Below are positions 61,511 to 64,000 of a stretch of 64,000 nt of DNA, piece by piece. The notes under the pieces were generated by a model. It made no database searches. It saw nothing but the letters and a program-made list of their open reading frames with translations, and had not been told where the DNA came from. The first letter of the stretch is position 1. Every line of letters begins with the position of its first letter. The position numbers and the translations under genes are program-made. Origin of the DNA: Macrostomum lignano (Eukaryota); NCBI GenBank assembly GCA_002269645.1, contig NIVC01000532.1:402066-466065 (forward strand), read 5' to 3'.

Positions 61511-62214
61511 AAAACTCTGTCAAAAACGGTCCTACGTTAAAAAAATAATTACTGAGACACCAAAAACCAGCCTCAAAAAAACATTTCACAATGGCTGTTC
61601 AAATTATGTATAATGCGTATGTGTACACTTTACGTCAATGCAAAAAAGCTTTCTTTTTTAACAGAATCACCAAGAAAAACACAGAAAAGTTTTTTAACTC
61701 CATCCCGTTTGTTAACTCCAAGTGACTGAGGCTGGAGGGGGGCAGAGACGGAGCGATGACCAGGCATCATCAACTTCGTCAACGTCTAGTGTTTCCAAAA
61801 GATCATGAGAGAAGAGCCCTCCTCGCTCCCCCCATGGGAAGCGGAGGAGTGGAAGAGCAAAACTTGATCCTGAGCGCCCTTTTCTCTCTTCCTAATTATC
61901 CTAGGATCTGCGCGCCCACCAGGTGACTGTTGCTCGCACTGGAGCCCGCCTCCTTCATCGTGTCTAACTATAACTGAATTGAGTCACTGTTGAGTGAGAA
62001 TAAAAAAAGTCTAGCCATGCAGGAATGCAGGCAGTTAAGGATCTAATTGTGTCCAGACTTCTTCTGATCCTCTTGCCTTTACTGCTCAACTGTGCTCAGC
62101 CCACTTGCTGCCTCTTTAGCCTTCTTTCCAGTCGCTTTGGTTCGCAATTCAATCTTTGACCCTGGCGCTGCACCACGTTAAGAGTAACTCACCAATAAAC
62201 TCTAATCTCTGTTC

Positions 62215-62640
62215 CTTCTCTCCGCCTCTCCTCTCCTCCCTTATCCTCTCTCCTCTTATGTCTCCTCTCCTCTCTCCCTTCTCCTCTCTTCTCTCTCCTC
62301 TCTCCTCTCTCCCTTCTCCTCTCTCCCTTCTCCTCTCTCCCTTCTCCTCTCTCCCCTTTTCTTTCTTCTCTCTCCTCTTTTCTCTCTCCTCTCTCTTCTT
62401 CTCTCTCCTCTCTCCCATTCTCTCTCCTCTCTCATCTCTCCCTTTTCCTCTCTCCCCTTTTCTCTCTCCTCTCTCCTCTTTTCTCTCTCCTCTCTCCCCT
62501 TTTCGTTCTCCTCTCTCCCCTCTTCTCTCTCCTCTCTCCTTTTCTCTCTCATCTCTCCTCTTTTTCTCTCTTCTCTCTCCTCTTCCCTCCCTCTCTCTCT
62601 TCCTTCTCCTCTCTCCTCTCTCTTTTCTCTTCTCTCCGTC
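62215..62640. repeat. Polypyrimidine (CT-rich) tract
   Basis: Nearly all C/T on the plus strand. Confidence 0.9.
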
Positions 62641-64000
62641 GAACGCACTCGAGCATAATAGGAGCTAGCAGCATTTCTTTTATCTTGACGCAACATTGTT
62701 AATTGAGGATAGTTTCTGACAAAACCCTCCCCTGGAAACTTTGCAATAAAACAACACGCTCCCTAAGCCAACTCAGCAGAATTTGGTATTCCAGCAGCGT
62801 CAGAACTTTGCTCATTGGCATTCTCAGACTGACCCCCTGTTCGTCCGTCAAAGTGTATTTTAACAACAAGCCAGTGCCGCAGCCGAGTGTGCAGGGATAG
62901 ACTAGCCTGGGCAGCCAGAGACTGGCCCCAGCTTCGAGTGATTAGCACCGCCAGGGCTCTTGCCAAATAATTGGAGCCTCAGCCAGGGGACGCACGCCTC
63001 CCTCTGTTCAGCAGCAAAGTCTACTATGATTACGTTAATCGCATTGGCAGCTCGAATTTGATTAGCTTGTTGTTTTCAGGGGATGGCAGGAATTAGGCCA
63101 GGCAGGGGGAGCAGACTCTTAAAACTGTATATAAGACCTGCCAATCTGGTAGAGTTTTTACACGCCTGGTGCTGCCTGTGCAAAACTCATTTCTCTCACT
63201 CTCCTCTCTTGCTAGCTGAGGAATTAACTTTGAAAGGCCCCCCTCTCGTCTGGCGGCAGTGTCTTTTTTTCACTCGTTTTGAGCAGTTTTACTCAGAATC
63301 CTGCGCTGCTGGACAGTTGAATACCGTAATTGGATGAAGTTTGGATGGCACTGCTCCACCCCCCCCTCCCTATTACATCGTCCACGAGTTAAATAGTGGA
63401 CACTGGATGAGCAGTGCTCAGATGCGAAACTGCTAAACATATCTTATCCACTGTCCCCAAGTTGGTTAGTCTGAGGCGGTACTGGAAACTGCACGAGCTC
63501 TCGGCTCTCACTCTTAATGAAGATGCTCTTGTAGTTGGCAAGCTGGAGGACCAAGGCGAGCTCAAGCAAGTTCTGATGAAGCACGGGAGGGCGCGTGCAG
63601 CTGAGAGTCTGAGAGCCAATTTCCAGAAAAGCATCTAGTCAGCATCAGCGGCTCCGACTGTGCAGTTCACAGATACAAATCCAGTGCCAAATGAATCTTA
63701 GAAACAGAAGAAGCAACAGTAGTTATGTAATGTGTAATATAGTAATAATATGCTCAATATATATGCAAGCAAGCAGCATAAAGTGTCACAATAGCGCTTC
63801 GAAATCTTGGTTTAGATCGAGCTCACAAAGTGTGCAACGGAAACTCATAAATCAGGGCACACACACAGGTTTATGCTGTGTACATTTAATTATTCATAAT
63901 TGCAGTCTTTCAATATTTTGGGGTAGCTTTTTTAAAAATAAGAGTGGAAACATGAAGACAGGCAAAATGTCCTCAGAGTCATCTGACCGCCAACTCTGCT

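Noticed and set aside
63389-63638. Short overlapping ORFs (74-81 aa) on both strands
   Set aside because: No recognisable homology or supporting splice structure.

Overview
This is metazoan genomic DNA with spliceosomal introns. The density of minisatellites and the homopolymer-rich proteins suggest a free-living flatworm such as Macrostomum, but that is inference only. Three host genes are supported. (1) A complete 5-exon Tbx2/3 (omb-like) T-box gene on the minus strand (19310->9712, about 655 aa). (2) A complete 4-exon prohibitin-2 gene on the minus strand (31417->25101, 304 aa). (3) The last two coding exons of an R3HCC1/R3HCC1L-like gene on the plus strand (43497-44631). Mobile DNA comprises a 1.1-kb foldback element with 269-bp arms and an 8-bp TSD, a 2.36-kb Gypsy LTR element that keeps one open gag-protease ORF but lacks RT/RNaseH/integrase, three MITEs with TSDs, and a nonsense-inactivated Sola-like DDD transposase with an RGG tail. 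About one third of the window is roughly 30 different tandem arrays. The window is compartmentalised: an AT-rich, CpG-poor, TpA-rich, TE-rich and minisatellite-poor block (about 24.7-43.5 kb) holds the housekeeping genes, between CpG-rich, minisatellite-dense flanks. The most notable leads are a GGTGT(C/G)A T-box-like core shared by unrelated minisatellites around a T-box gene, the gag-protease-only LTR element, the foldback element and the mutational compartment. No tRNA, rRNA or CRISPR array is supported.
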